Source of the DNA: Phycisphaerae bacterium
GTDB lineage: Bacteria > Planctomycetota > Phycisphaerae > UBA1845 > Fen-1342
Direction: 5' to 3'
Assembly (NCBI GenBank): GCA_022072445.1
Contig: JAJVHV010000030.1
Coordinates: forward strand, 5,971-69,970
DNA: 64,000 nucleotides
Below, in pieces: positions 47,765-57,122 of this stretch. Each line of letters begins with the position of its first letter. Position 1 is the first letter of the stretch. A model generated the notes under the pieces. That model was not told the origin of the DNA and made no database searches. It worked only from the letters and a program-made list of their open reading frames with translations. A program made the position numbers and the translations under genes.

Positions 47765-49144
47765 CTATGGCTCCCGCCCGGCCGCCGCCGGCCACAGGTC
47801 GATCCCCGCGCCGACGTAGCCGGCCCGCGATCCGGCCCGCTCCAGCCGCTCGGCGATGGCGCGGTACTGGAATGCCGGAACGCCGCTGTGCGTCGCTCCG
47901 TCGCCGTCGGCAAACGCTGGCAGCCCGTTCGGCGGCCAGTTGCCGGCCGCGGCACGCCGCAGGCGCCAGTCGCGTGCCGCGCGATCGACGAATCCAGGGT
48001 CGCTGCCGAGCTGCGCTCCGTGATACGTCGTCGCCGGATCGAGCCCGGTCGCTGAGGCGTCGTAGCCCTTGCTGAGCCAGTTGTGGTCGCCGGTAATGAC
48101 GCTGGCGTCGGGGATGTTCGCCAGCTCGTAGAGCCGCGGGCCGTTCTGCCGATCGTTGAAGATCACGTTGTTCACCAGCTCGGCCCGCGAACCCGCCGCG
48201 CTGAGGAAAACAACCGCTCCGTAGTGCGGCGTGACGATGGTGTTGTGCAGCAGGTGGAGCGTTCCGTCGTGGCCGCCGCCGCCGTCCTGGCCGAAGTGGA
48301 TCACGTTCGAGTTGCCGCTGAGCGGGTCGCGCTTGACGATGAAGTTGCCCAGCAGGACGGCGTGCGCGTGCGGCCGGGCGGTGTCCCAGGCGTCGACCAG
48401 GTCAAACTCGCGGTTGGCCGAGTCGCGCACGAAGTTGTAAGCGAACAGGTTGAAGTGCGCCCGGCTCTTGACGTTGTGGCCGGTGAGCGCGTCGCGCACC
48501 TCGCAGAAGCGCAGCGTCACGCTCGTGCCGCCGAGGTAGAGGTTGTGGTTATAGCCCGGCTCGTCCGGCTCGCCGTTGGTGTGGATGATGCAGAACTCGA
48601 TGAGCTGGCCGGACGCGGACGTCGGGTTACCGGCCGCGCCGTTCGACATGATTCCCATCTGGTTGTGATGAATCTCGCAGCGGCGGACCGTCGCGCGGCT
48701 GGCCTGGTTGATGCGCACCCCGGCGGCGTTGTGCGACGCGTTCTTCGCGTTGCGCAGCTCGAAGCCCTCGATCAGCACGTCATCGGCGGCGGCATTGACC
48801 TGGAAGATGGCGCGCGGCGTGCTGCCGACGCCGCTGTAGTCGAAGCCGTCGCCGTCGAGCACGATGCGGGTACTGTCGCCACCCTGCCCGATGAAGCGCA
48901 GACCGGCTTTGGCGACATAGACCGCCGGCCGGCGATAGACGCCGTCGCCCGCAGCGGCATAAACCTCGATCGTGTCGCCAGGATTGGCGGCGGCGTTGGC
49001 GGCTTCGATGGTGGCGAACTGCCGGCCTTCCCCGACGGTGAGCGTAGCGCCCCGCGCCGGGAGCGGCGCCGCGCCCGACAGAAGCCCGGCACGGGCCAGG
49101 AGGAGCCCGGCGTAGGCCAGCGTGATGTGCCGGCGGGTGCTCAT
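47765..49144 (-). CDS. secreted right-handed parallel beta-helix repeat protein (pectate-lyase fold)
   Basis: Signal peptide MSTRRHITLAYAGLLLARAGLLSGAAP; repeated NxxxH/NxxG beta-helix rungs. Confidence 0.75.
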   Translation of the reverse strand: MSTRRHITLAYAGLLLARAGLLSGAAPLPARGATLTVGEGRQFATIEAANAAANPGDTIEVYAAAGDGVYRRPAVYVAKAGLRFIGQGGDSTRIVLDGDGFDYSGVGSTPRAIFQVNAAADDVLIEGFELRNAKNASHNAAGVRINQASRATVRRCEIHHNQMGIMSNGAAGNPTSASGQLIEFCIIHTNGEPDEPGYNHNLYLGGTSVTLRFCEVRDALTGHNVKSRAHFNLFAYNFVRDSANREFDLVDAWDTARPHAHAVLLGNFIVKRDPLSGNSNVIHFGQDGGGGHDGTLHLLHNTIVTPHYGAVVFLSAAGSRAELVNNVIFNDRQNGPRLYELANIPDASVITGDHNWLSKGYDASATGLDPATTYHGAQLGSDPGFVDRAARDWRLRRAAAGNWPPNGLPAFADGDGATHSGVPAFQYRAIAERLERAGSRAGYVGAGIDLWPAAAGREP

Positions 49145-49459
49145 GCACAAGAGCATGTGCCGCCGGGGCGCGGCGTGCAAGTGTGGTCGCGGTTGGCGTG
49201 GCTTCGCCGCAGGCGTAGGCATGCACCGCGCAGGTCCCCCGGGCCGTTGGCACACGTGAGAGGCGGGTGCCTTGCCGACGGTTTTCCGCGTCGGCAAGGT
49301 GTCAGCGCGAAGCGCATAGGCTGGGCTGAGCCCTCAAATCCTAGCGATTTGCTATGATCGCGGCATGTTTTCCCCCATGATCCGGCGCGCGGATCAAGAA
49401 GCTGGGCTTCAAACGTCCATCCGAACCCACTACTACCTGCCTGACCGAGGAATACACGC

Positions 49460-50038
49460 TTGAACCGGATCAGAGCACAGGAGCCGCGCATCAGCCGGGG
49501 AACGCCGCGTGCGCATCGCAACGCAGAAACATCGCGCTGGTTGGACCTCCTTGGCCGCCTCGAAGAGCGCCTGATGGAGTGCCACGAGGACGACACCCCT
49601 GACTCGATCAGAAGGCGACTCGTCGAGGCGCGCGCGGTGATCGCCGCGTGGAAACAGATCAAATCTGACACGAGCGCGCCGGTCGACGGCGAGTGCGCAA
49701 ACGAGCGCTGGGCACGCCTGGTTCTACAGACACTCGACATGGCGCGAATTGTGTATGCGTGCAGACGGTCTCGGTGCAAGCGTTCACGCGCGCAACTTGA
49801 AGCGGGCTGTTGGGAGGAGGTTTTCCGAGCACTCACGACTGAGGAAGTTCTTTCGTTGCGTACACTTGCTCGACGGCTCAATAGCCGTCCGAGCACGATC
49901 GCTCAAACACGGCCGTGGAATGCGTATCAGGTGTATTGCGAGCGAACTGGTCGGAGAATTCTGCGCGCGCGACCGATTTTTGTAACATTGGATGAAAAAA
50001 GACATTACGGCACACCACACAATGAACCGGAGGACTAA
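49460..50038 (+). CDS. hypothetical protein (lower-GC patch; TTG start with GAGGA upstream)
   Basis: Open frame plus SD-like sequence; Cys-rich; no motif. Confidence 0.3.
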   Translation: MNRIRAQEPRISRGTPRAHRNAETSRWLDLLGRLEERLMECHEDDTPDSIRRRLVEARAVIAAWKQIKSDTSAPVDGECANERWARLVLQTLDMARIVYACRRSRCKRSRAQLEAGCWEEVFRALTTEEVLSLRTLARRLNSRPSTIAQTRPWNAYQVYCERTGRRILRARPIFVTLDEKRHYGTPHNEPED

Positions 50039-50190
50039 ACCCCGGTCGTGGCGCAGTATAGTAGTGGCGGGCGGTAACTCACTGCTGCTGCGTCCTCTTG
50101 CCCTGTCGTACTCCACGATCAAGATCCCATTCAACGTAACCCGAGTCGGTGCATTCCTGCCGCTTGGGTCCTTTCTCCTTGGAGGAACCG

Positions 50191-50568
50191 ATGTTCGCGA
50201 ACACTGAAGAGGGTATGCTCGGGTCTTGCATGTCTTACTCAAAGGCGATGGCGATGCTAGCACAGAAATGGGGCGTGCCGAATCCAGGTCCGTCCCGGGG
50301 CAAGTCCCGGCTTGAAGACCTACTGAAGCTCGTGCAAACCATCGTGCGAGAAGAGGCGCGCCGAGCCGCGGATGAGGCAGTGTTTCGAGCGTTTCGTGTG
50401 GCAGCGAGGTGCCTGCCGAGCGATCCACGTGACGGACTATTCGTGCCGGCGCAACGCATTCGGATCAATACCGCCGATGTCGGGTTGCTAGAGATTCGGT
50501 CCTTTCGCGGGCACCGCGATGATGCACTACCGGAGGACGACGCGTGCCACCTATTAGTCCCCGGCTAG
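50191..50568 (+). CDS. hypothetical protein (lower-GC patch)
   Basis: Strong SD, GGAGGAaccgATG; no motif. Confidence 0.45.
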   Translation: MFANTEEGMLGSCMSYSKAMAMLAQKWGVPNPGPSRGKSRLEDLLKLVQTIVREEARRAADEAVFRAFRVAARCLPSDPRDGLFVPAQRIRINTADVGLLEIRSFRGHRDDALPEDDACHLLVPG

Positions 50569-50897
50569 GCGGCATCGGTAAGTACATTCGCGACGCATCG
50601 TTGCCCGTTCACGATCCGCGCAGCGGATTTGAATCCGAGCACGCGGCGCGGCTGCTGATCCAGGCCGGGGCTCGGTGGATCGAGTTCGCCGATCTTGAGG
50701 TTTCCCGAACGGACGCACTCGACTGGATCGCGCGCGTCGTCAGCTCGATCCGCTCGAAGCCAAACGGCAGCGAGGAACTGACGCGCGCGCTCGAACGGGC
50801 ATCCGCGGAAACGGACAGGATGATTCGCGCGGCGAACTCAGGTCCGCTCGGCCGCGTTCTGGACGCACTCTCTCGGCCCTGGCGCAAGCCGACGTGA
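50544..50897 (+). CDS. hypothetical protein (lower-GC patch; GTG start with GGAGGA upstream)
   Basis: Open frame plus SD; overlaps the preceding ORF by 25 nt. Confidence 0.35.
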   Translation: MPPISPRLGGIGKYIRDASLPVHDPRSGFESEHAARLLIQAGARWIEFADLEVSRTDALDWIARVVSSIRSKPNGSEELTRALERASAETDRMIRAANSGPLGRVLDALSRPWRKPT

Positions 50898-51178
50898 GAC
50901 TCAGCCGTCAGGGCGGCGCCGCGACATCCGAACCCGGAGTCGATCTCGATACATCTTCGGTGATGGGTGCCGGCACTGGATCGCCGTGCTGCACAGGTCG
51001 AAGTCACGGTGGGAAGGCGTTGGCGGTCGTTGACGCGCTCCGTGCGCATGCCGACGCAACGGCCGTCGGCATGGCACCCGTGCATTCATGGGTTTGTGGA
51101 TTGGTGTATTCAAACACGCAGCGCCCTCGCTCGCTCGGCACCTTTGGTGAAGCACCATTGCGCCCCGCGCTCGCAACG

Positions 51179-54100
51179 CTACCTCACACTGAAATACCGC
51201 GCCGCGGGATGATGCGCGATCACCGCGCTGGTGCTCTGCTCCGGATCAAGCTGGTATTCGTCGCTGAGCGAAACGCCGATGCGCTGCGGCTCGAGCAACT
51301 GCATGAGCTTGGCCTGGTCTTCCAGGTTCGGGCAGGCCGGGTAGCCGAAGCTGAAGCGGCTGCCCTGGTAGCCCTGCTGAAACAGCTTCTGCCGCTCGCG
51401 GGCGTCGTCGCCGGCGATCCCAAGCTCCATCCGCACCTGCTTGTGCACGTATTCGGCCAGCGCCTCGGCGGTCTCGACGCCCAGGCCGTGCAGGAAGAGG
51501 TATTGCTGATACTCGTTGCGGGCGAACCACTCGCGGGCCACCTCGCTGACGCGCTGGCCGGCGGTCACCAGCGAAAGGGCGATCACGTCGGTCTCCCCGC
51601 TCTCGACCGGTCGCCAGAAGTCGGACAGACACCAGTGCGGCGGCTTCTGCTGCCGCGGGAAGGTGAAGCGGGCCACTTCACAGCCACGTTGCGACGGAGA
51701 CAAGGGCGAGCGAGAAGGTAGCCCGAATGAGCCACGGAGGGAGGGAGCGGCTCGATCGCTGGACAGGCCCGGAGAAGCGAGCGCAATCGGAGTCGATCCC
51801 GGCGCAGACGCCATCGACTCCAGTCCTTCCTTCCCCTTCGTGCCTCCGTGGCTTCCTGGCTTCGTGGCGCCTTCTCCTTTCGTGGCTTCGTGGCTTCGTG
51901 GCTTCGTGGCTGTGTCCCAGATGATCAGATCGTCGCCGTCGGAGTTGCAGGGCCAGTAGCCGTAGATGGCCTGCGGCCGGAGGATCGCCTCGCGCTCGCA
52001 ACGCGCGACCAGCTCGCGGTAGATCGGCCGCACGTCGCGGTCGATGTAGCGGCGGAAGTCATCGCCGGCGCGGCCGCGCTTGCGGAAGCCCCACTGCACC
52101 TGGAAGAGCATGATCTCGTTCATGTAGCCCAGAGCGGCCTTGAGCGGGATGTGCTCGAGCACGCGCGCACCCCAGAAGGGCGGCGCGGGAATGGCGTTGT
52201 CGATCGGGATTTCGGAGCGGCGGCGCGGCGGCGCGGCGGCGCGGGCGCGGTCAATCGCGCTGGCCGCGACGAGCGGGCCCTCGGCGACGGCGTCGTCATC
52301 CTCGGCGGTCTCGCCGATGGCGGCGAGGCCGAAGCGCTGCTCGGCGTCGAGGTCGAGGCGGCGCGGGGGTTGGGCGGCGGAGATCGACGCTGCTTCCAGG
52401 TCCGGGCGGTCCTTGCGTCCGAAGGAAACCCCTCCCTTACGGTCGGGGCTCGGCTGGGTGGCGGCGCTCGGCTGGGTGATTTCTCGTTCTTCCAACGCTT
52501 CGTCGCGTTGTCGCTTTTCCCCTTGGTCGTTTCGTCGCTCTGTCGCTTCGTCGCGTCGCCCCGTCGTCGCTTCGTCGCTTCGTCGCTTCGTCGCTGTGAT
52601 CTCCCCCATCAGCCGCAGACCCTCGAACGCGTCCTTCGCGTATGAGAGGCTTCCGGCGTAGAGCGGGCGCAGGTCGTTCTCGACGTAGCCGCGCGTCAGC
52701 GCGGCGCCGCCGAGGATGACCGGCACGCGGATGCCCTGCTCCTCGAGCACGAGCAGATCGTCGCGCATCACCAGCGTCGACTTCACCAGCAGGCCCGACA
52801 GCCCGATCGCGTCGGCGGCGTGCTCGCGCCAGGCGGCGATGACGTTGTTGATCGGCTGCTTGATGCCCAGGTTGAACACGCGGTAGCCGTTGTTGGTCAG
52901 AATGATGTCGACCAGGTTCTTGCCGATGTCGTGCACGTCGCCGCGGACGGTCGCCAGCACGATCCTGCCGCGCGACGTGTCGGCGGAGCGGTCCATGTGC
53001 GGCTCAAGCAGGGCGACGGCGGCTTTCATCGTCTCGGCGGACTTGAGCACGAAGGGGAGCTGCATCTGGCCCGAGCCGAAGAGGTCGCCGACGGTCTTCA
53101 TGCCGTCGAGCAGCAGGTTGTTGATGATGTCGAGCGGCGCGTAGGTCTGGAGCGCGACGGCGAGGTCGGCGTCGAGGCCGATTCTCTCGCCGTCGATGAT
53201 GCGGCGTTTGAGGCGCTCCTCGATGGGCAGGTCGGCGATCTTGACTTTCGTGCCGACTTGTTCGGTATCGGAGAAGAGGCCGATAAACCGAACCAGCGGG
53301 TCCTCATGTGGCACAGCCGCCCCCGGCTGTGAATGTGGCACAGCCGCCCCCGGCAGTGGCTGTGGCTGTGCCACATCGTAGATCAAATTCAGCGCCGCCT
53401 CCCAGCGCTCGTCGCTGATCTGATTGCGCGGCAGGATCTTGCTCGAATGCACGATCGCCGCGGTCAGGCCGCGCTGCCGGGCCTCGTGCAGGAACACAGA
53501 ATTGAGGACCGCGCGGGCGGCGGGGACAAGGCCGAAGCTGACGTTGCTGACGCCCAGGATCGACTGGCAGCGCGGGAAGCGCGTCATCACCGCTTCGATG
53601 CCGTCGAGCGTCTCGAGCGCCAGCCGCCGATCGGCCTCGTTGCCGGTCGTGATCGGGAATGTCAGGCAATCGAAGAAGATGTCCTCTTCGGCGACGCCGT
53701 ACTTGCGCGTGAGCAGGTCGTGAATGCGCGTGGCGATTTCGAGCTTGCGCTGCGCGGTCTTGGCCATGCTCTCGATCGGGTCTTCGTCGATCGTGAGCGC
53801 GACGACGGCGGCGCCGTATTGCCGCAGCAGCCGCGCGACGCGGGCCATCTTGACTTCGCCGTCCTCGAGGTTGACGGAGTTGACGATGCACTTGCCGCCG
53901 ATGAGCTTCAGGCCGGCTTCGATCACCTCGGGCTCGGTGCTGTCGAGCATGATGGGGACGTTGACGTCGACGGCGTAGCGGTCGGCGACGCGCGTCATGT
54001 CGGCGACGCCGTCGCGCCCGACGTAGTCGACGCACAGGTCGAGGACGTGCGCGCCTTCCTTCACCTGCTCGACGCCCACCTGCACCAGGCCCTCGATGTC

Positions 54101-55363
54101 GCCTTCCGCGAGCAGGCGTTTGAACTGCCGGCTGCCGTTGGTGTTGCTGCGCTCGCCGACGATCAGAAAGCTGTTGTCCTGGCGGTAGGGCATGGCCTGG
54201 TAAAGGCTGCTGCACGCCGCCTCACGAGATCGGCTCGGCGATGGGCCTAATGCAGAATGAAGAATGCAGAATGCAGAAGCGTCCTCCGTCGTCGAGCCGG
54301 GCTCAGGTTTCGTCGCCGGTGCGGGCGGATGCTCGGCGGACCCAGAAAGGCCGATTGCAGAGGCATCCGGCGACGAAGAACCGGTTTCTGCATTCCGCGT
54401 TCTGCATTCTGCATTGCTTTCTGCATTGCCGTGGAATCCGATCGCCTCCACCACCGCGCGCAGATGCGCCGGCGTCGTGCCGCAGCAGCCGCCGACGATC
54501 CGCACGCCGTCAACGTCGACGAACTCCTTCAGCCAGCGGGCCAGCTCGGCCGGCGCGAGCGGGAAGTGCGTACGCCCGCTGACGAGCTGCGGCAGGCCGG
54601 CGTTCGGCATCACGCTGATCGGACGCGTGCTGTTCCGCGCCAGATACCGCACGTGCTCGCTCATCTCCTGCGGCCCGGTGGCGCAGTTCAACCCGATTAC
54701 GTCGACTTCCGGATACGCCTCGATCGCCACCAGCGCGGCGGCGACGTCGGTGCCCACCAGCATCGTGCCGGTGGTCTCCATGGTTACCTGCACCATGAGC
54801 GGCAAGCGCTTGCCGGTTTTCTCGAACGCCGACAGCACGGCCCAGATCACGGCCTTGGCGTGCAGGATGTCCTGACACGTCTCGATCAGCATCGCGTCGC
54901 AGCCGCCGTCGATCAGCCCGCGGGCCTGCTCGCCGTAGCTCTCGAGCAGCCCGTCGTACGAAATCTGCCGCAGCGTCGGCAGCTTCGTCCCCGGACCGAG
55001 CGAGCCGACGACGAAGCGCGGCCGCGGCAGCGTCGAAAACGCCTCGCACGCCCGCCGCGCGATCTTCGCCGCCGCGACGTTGATCTCGTAGCAGCGGTCA
55101 GCCAGGCCGAACTCGGCCAGCACGTGCCGCATGCCGCCGAAGGTGTTGGTTTCGACCGCGTCGCAGCCGACGTCGAGAAAGCTGCGGTGAATTTGCTCGA
55201 CGGCGTCGGGGCGGGTGAGGTTCAGGACTTCGCAGCAGTTTTCGAGGCCGTTGTAGTCGCTCAGCGGCAGATCGAGCGCGTGGATGCTGGTGCCCATGGC
55301 GCCGTCGAGAAACACCACGCGCCGCCCGACGAGTTCCAGAAACGCCGATTCCGATCCGCGCAA
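51179..55363 (-). CDS. metH: cobalamin-dependent methionine synthase, 1394 aa with several in-frame low-complexity/repeat insertions
   Basis: All four modules recognisable: homocysteine-binding (GAMGTSI...GGCCGTTPAH), pterin-binding, B12-binding (DVHDIGKN) and AdoMet activation (FPRQ). About 160 aa longer than typical because of repeat insertions. Confidence 0.9.
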   Translation of the reverse strand: MRGSESAFLELVGRRVVFLDGAMGTSIHALDLPLSDYNGLENCCEVLNLTRPDAVEQIHRSFLDVGCDAVETNTFGGMRHVLAEFGLADRCYEINVAAAKIARRACEAFSTLPRPRFVVGSLGPGTKLPTLRQISYDGLLESYGEQARGLIDGGCDAMLIETCQDILHAKAVIWAVLSAFEKTGKRLPLMVQVTMETTGTMLVGTDVAAALVAIEAYPEVDVIGLNCATGPQEMSEHVRYLARNSTRPISVMPNAGLPQLVSGRTHFPLAPAELARWLKEFVDVDGVRIVGGCCGTTPAHLRAVVEAIGFHGNAESNAECRTRNAETGSSSPDASAIGLSGSAEHPPAPATKPEPGSTTEDASAFCILHSALGPSPSRSREAACSSLYQAMPYRQDNSFLIVGERSNTNGSRQFKRLLAEGDIEGLVQVGVEQVKEGAHVLDLCVDYVGRDGVADMTRVADRYAVDVNVPIMLDSTEPEVIEAGLKLIGGKCIVNSVNLEDGEVKMARVARLLRQYGAAVVALTIDEDPIESMAKTAQRKLEIATRIHDLLTRKYGVAEEDIFFDCLTFPITTGNEADRRLALETLDGIEAVMTRFPRCQSILGVSNVSFGLVPAARAVLNSVFLHEARQRGLTAAIVHSSKILPRNQISDERWEAALNLIYDVAQPQPLPGAAVPHSQPGAAVPHEDPLVRFIGLFSDTEQVGTKVKIADLPIEERLKRRIIDGERIGLDADLAVALQTYAPLDIINNLLLDGMKTVGDLFGSGQMQLPFVLKSAETMKAAVALLEPHMDRSADTSRGRIVLATVRGDVHDIGKNLVDIILTNNGYRVFNLGIKQPINNVIAAWREHAADAIGLSGLLVKSTLVMRDDLLVLEEQGIRVPVILGGAALTRGYVENDLRPLYAGSLSYAKDAFEGLRLMGEITATKRRSDEATTGRRDEATERRNDQGEKRQRDEALEEREITQPSAATQPSPDRKGGVSFGRKDRPDLEAASISAAQPPRRLDLDAEQRFGLAAIGETAEDDDAVAEGPLVAASAIDRARAAAPPRRRSEIPIDNAIPAPPFWGARVLEHIPLKAALGYMNEIMLFQVQWGFRKRGRAGDDFRRYIDRDVRPIYRELVARCEREAILRPQAIYGYWPCNSDGDDLIIWDTATKPRSHEATKGEGATKPGSHGGTKGKEGLESMASAPGSTPIALASPGLSSDRAAPSLRGSFGLPSRSPLSPSQRGCEVARFTFPRQQKPPHWCLSDFWRPVESGETDVIALSLVTAGQRVSEVAREWFARNEYQQYLFLHGLGVETAEALAEYVHKQVRMELGIAGDDARERQKLFQQGYQGSRFSFGYPACPNLEDQAKLMQLLEPQRIGVSLSDEYQLDPEQSTSAVIAHHPAARYFSVR
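53305..53375. repeat. 27-bp-period tandem duplication plus inverted partial copy inside metH
   Basis: ATGTGGCACAGCCGCCCCCGGC occurs twice (53305, 53332), then GGCTGTGCCACAT inverted at 53363; encodes PGAAVPHSQ/PGAAVPHED in MetH. Confidence 0.85.
54251..54427. repeat. heptamer-array-bounded inverted-repeat mini-element (MITE-like) inserted in frame in metH
   Basis: (TGCAGAA)4 at 54251-54278 and (TTCTGCA)n at 54386-54427 in inverted orientation, about 107 bp apart; 177 bp = 59 codons without stops in the metH frame. Confidence 0.8.
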
Positions 55364-55384
55364 CGCGACTTCCTCTGTCTGCTG

Positions 55385-55510
55385 GCCGGTGAGATTCTAT
55401 GCGAACGCCGCCCCTGCTGCCCCCTTTGACCCTTCAACCCTTCGACCCCCTGGCCCCTCGCCCCGTGAGCCCCTCGGCCCCCTCGGCCCCCTCGACCTCT
55501 CGGCCCCTTC
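55385..55510. repeat. C-rich low-complexity repeat tract in the metH/aldolase divergent intergenic region
   Basis: Repeated CCCCTCGGCC/CCCTTCGACC units. Confidence 0.6.
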
Positions 55511-55537
55511 GATTTGCTTTCCCCGCGAATCTTCATC

Positions 55538-56275
55538 ATGCTGTATCCGGAGCCGAGCACCTTGGCATTGAACGAACAGACCCTGCGCGAACAGATCTGC
55601 GATGTCGGCCGGCGAATTTACGCCCGCGGATTCGCCGCCGGCAACGACGGAAACATCTCGCACCGCCTCGGGCCGGATCGCGTCCTCTGTACGCCGACGC
55701 TGGTCAGCAAGGGCGCCATGAGGCCCGACGACCTCTGCATCGTCGACATGGAAGGTCGTCAGCTCGCCGGCACACTCAAGCGCACCAGCGAAATCATGCT
55801 CCATCTCGAAGTCCTCCGCGCCGACGCCTCCGTCCAGTCCGTCGTCCATTGCCATCCGCCGCACGCCACCGCCTTCGGCGTCGCGCACGAGCCGATCCCC
55901 TCGTGCATCCTGCCGGAGGTCGAGATTTTTCTGGGCGTTGTGCCGCAGGCCGAATATCAGACCCCCGGCGGCCGCGACTTCGCGGCGACCGTGCGGCCGT
56001 TTCTCGGACGGGCCAACACGGTGGTGCTCAGCAATCACGGCACGGTCAGTTGGGGTCCCACGCTCGAACAAGCTTATTGGAACACCGAAATCCTCGACGC
56101 CTACTGCCGCATCCTGATCCTGGCGCGGCTGCTGGGCCGGGTGGAACGCATTCCGGACGAAAAGGTCCTCGAGCTCCTGAAGCTGCGCGAGAAATTCGGC
56201 GCACCGGCAGACCCGCGCCTGGTCGAGGGTGCACCGATGCGGGTCAACGAGACGTTCGGGCGTCCGCCCGAATAG
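55538..56275 (+). CDS. class II aldolase/adducin family protein (fuculose-phosphate aldolase or MtnB-like)
   Basis: GNDGNISHR...HCHPPHATAF...LSNHGTVSWG metal-binding His pattern. Confidence 0.8.
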   Translation: MLYPEPSTLALNEQTLREQICDVGRRIYARGFAAGNDGNISHRLGPDRVLCTPTLVSKGAMRPDDLCIVDMEGRQLAGTLKRTSEIMLHLEVLRADASVQSVVHCHPPHATAFGVAHEPIPSCILPEVEIFLGVVPQAEYQTPGGRDFAATVRPFLGRANTVVLSNHGTVSWGPTLEQAYWNTEILDAYCRILILARLLGRVERIPDEKVLELLKLREKFGAPADPRLVEGAPMRVNETFGRPPE

Positions 56276-56671
56276 GGGCGGCGCCTACCAGAACCCCGCA
56301 CGCGAGTGCGGCGCGGCCGAACCCAACTCGCATGGTGGGTTCGGTGTACTGCCTCGGAAATATTGCGTCCTATTGGCCGGTGCGAAACGCCGTCCGCACT
56401 GGCCGGAGGCCGATGCGGACCGGCCGGAGGCCAATGCTCCCCTTCGGAATACCGCACGGCATTTCTGAGGCACTACACCAGGCCAAGGGTGCGGACCTCG
56501 AATCATCGGCGGCGAAATCGGAATACCGATACGGGCACGCGGTTTCTGCGCGCTCCGGAAGGGCTGCGGTCGCCGCCGGCGCGCAAGTCGTTGTGCCGGC
56601 TGAACGAAGCGTTCCGCATACGGCGGGTTTTTGTAATGTCGCCAGTGCAGCGGTGAGGTACACTTCCAGCA

Positions 56672-57079
56672 ATGGAAACGTCCCCCGGCATCCTGGGTCG
56701 ATTGTCCGAAAAAGTGCTCGGTTGGATCGCGCTGGGCCTGCTCGTCGCGCTGGGAATCGCCATCTGGCAGACCCCCGCCGACACCAAGCAGGCCATCTGG
56801 AGTGGCGTCTGGCGCGCCACGGCGTGGCTTGCGATCGTCGCGACGTTGCCCTGGGCCAGCCGCCTCTTCATGGGTCGCGTGCTGGAGCAATCGTCGAACT
56901 GGGCCGGGGTGGCGCTGGTCGCCGCTTACTGCCTGGCGGACGTGATCGCGGCGGTGTGCCTGATGACGGTCTGGCCGGCGAGCGGTTGGGCCTGGTTCCT
57001 GAGCGCCGTCGCGCTGGCCATCGCAGGGACGTATAATTATCTGGTTTGCGAGTATGTCGCGGAACAATCGGGCCTATGA
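56672..57079 (+). CDS. small polytopic membrane protein
   Basis: Four predicted TM helices; immediately precedes the kinase gene. Confidence 0.5.
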   Translation: METSPGILGRLSEKVLGWIALGLLVALGIAIWQTPADTKQAIWSGVWRATAWLAIVATLPWASRLFMGRVLEQSSNWAGVALVAAYCLADVIAAVCLMTVWPASGWAWFLSAVALAIAGTYNYLVCEYVAEQSGL

Positions 57080-57122
57080 AGCCGATCTGTGAACAATGCG
57101 GGCGGCTTTGCGGGGTCGAGCG

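Noticed and set aside
47714-48055. ORF starting MLTPGGES that mimics the HD-GYP N-terminus
   Set aside because: The similarity comes from the 35-bp repeat only. The rest is antisense to the beta-helix gene. Recorded as a repeat instead.
46481-49357. Antisense ORFs over the HD-GYP gene (46481-47752) and the beta-helix gene (48083-49357)
   Set aside because: High-GC antisense artefacts. The opposite frames carry HD-GYP and beta-helix motifs.
50040-50110. Possible tRNA-like segment (GGTCGTGGCGCAGTATAGTAGTGGCGGG)
   Set aside because: No 7-bp acceptor stem with complementary 3' end, and no T-loop GTTCRANNC consensus. Not a tRNA.
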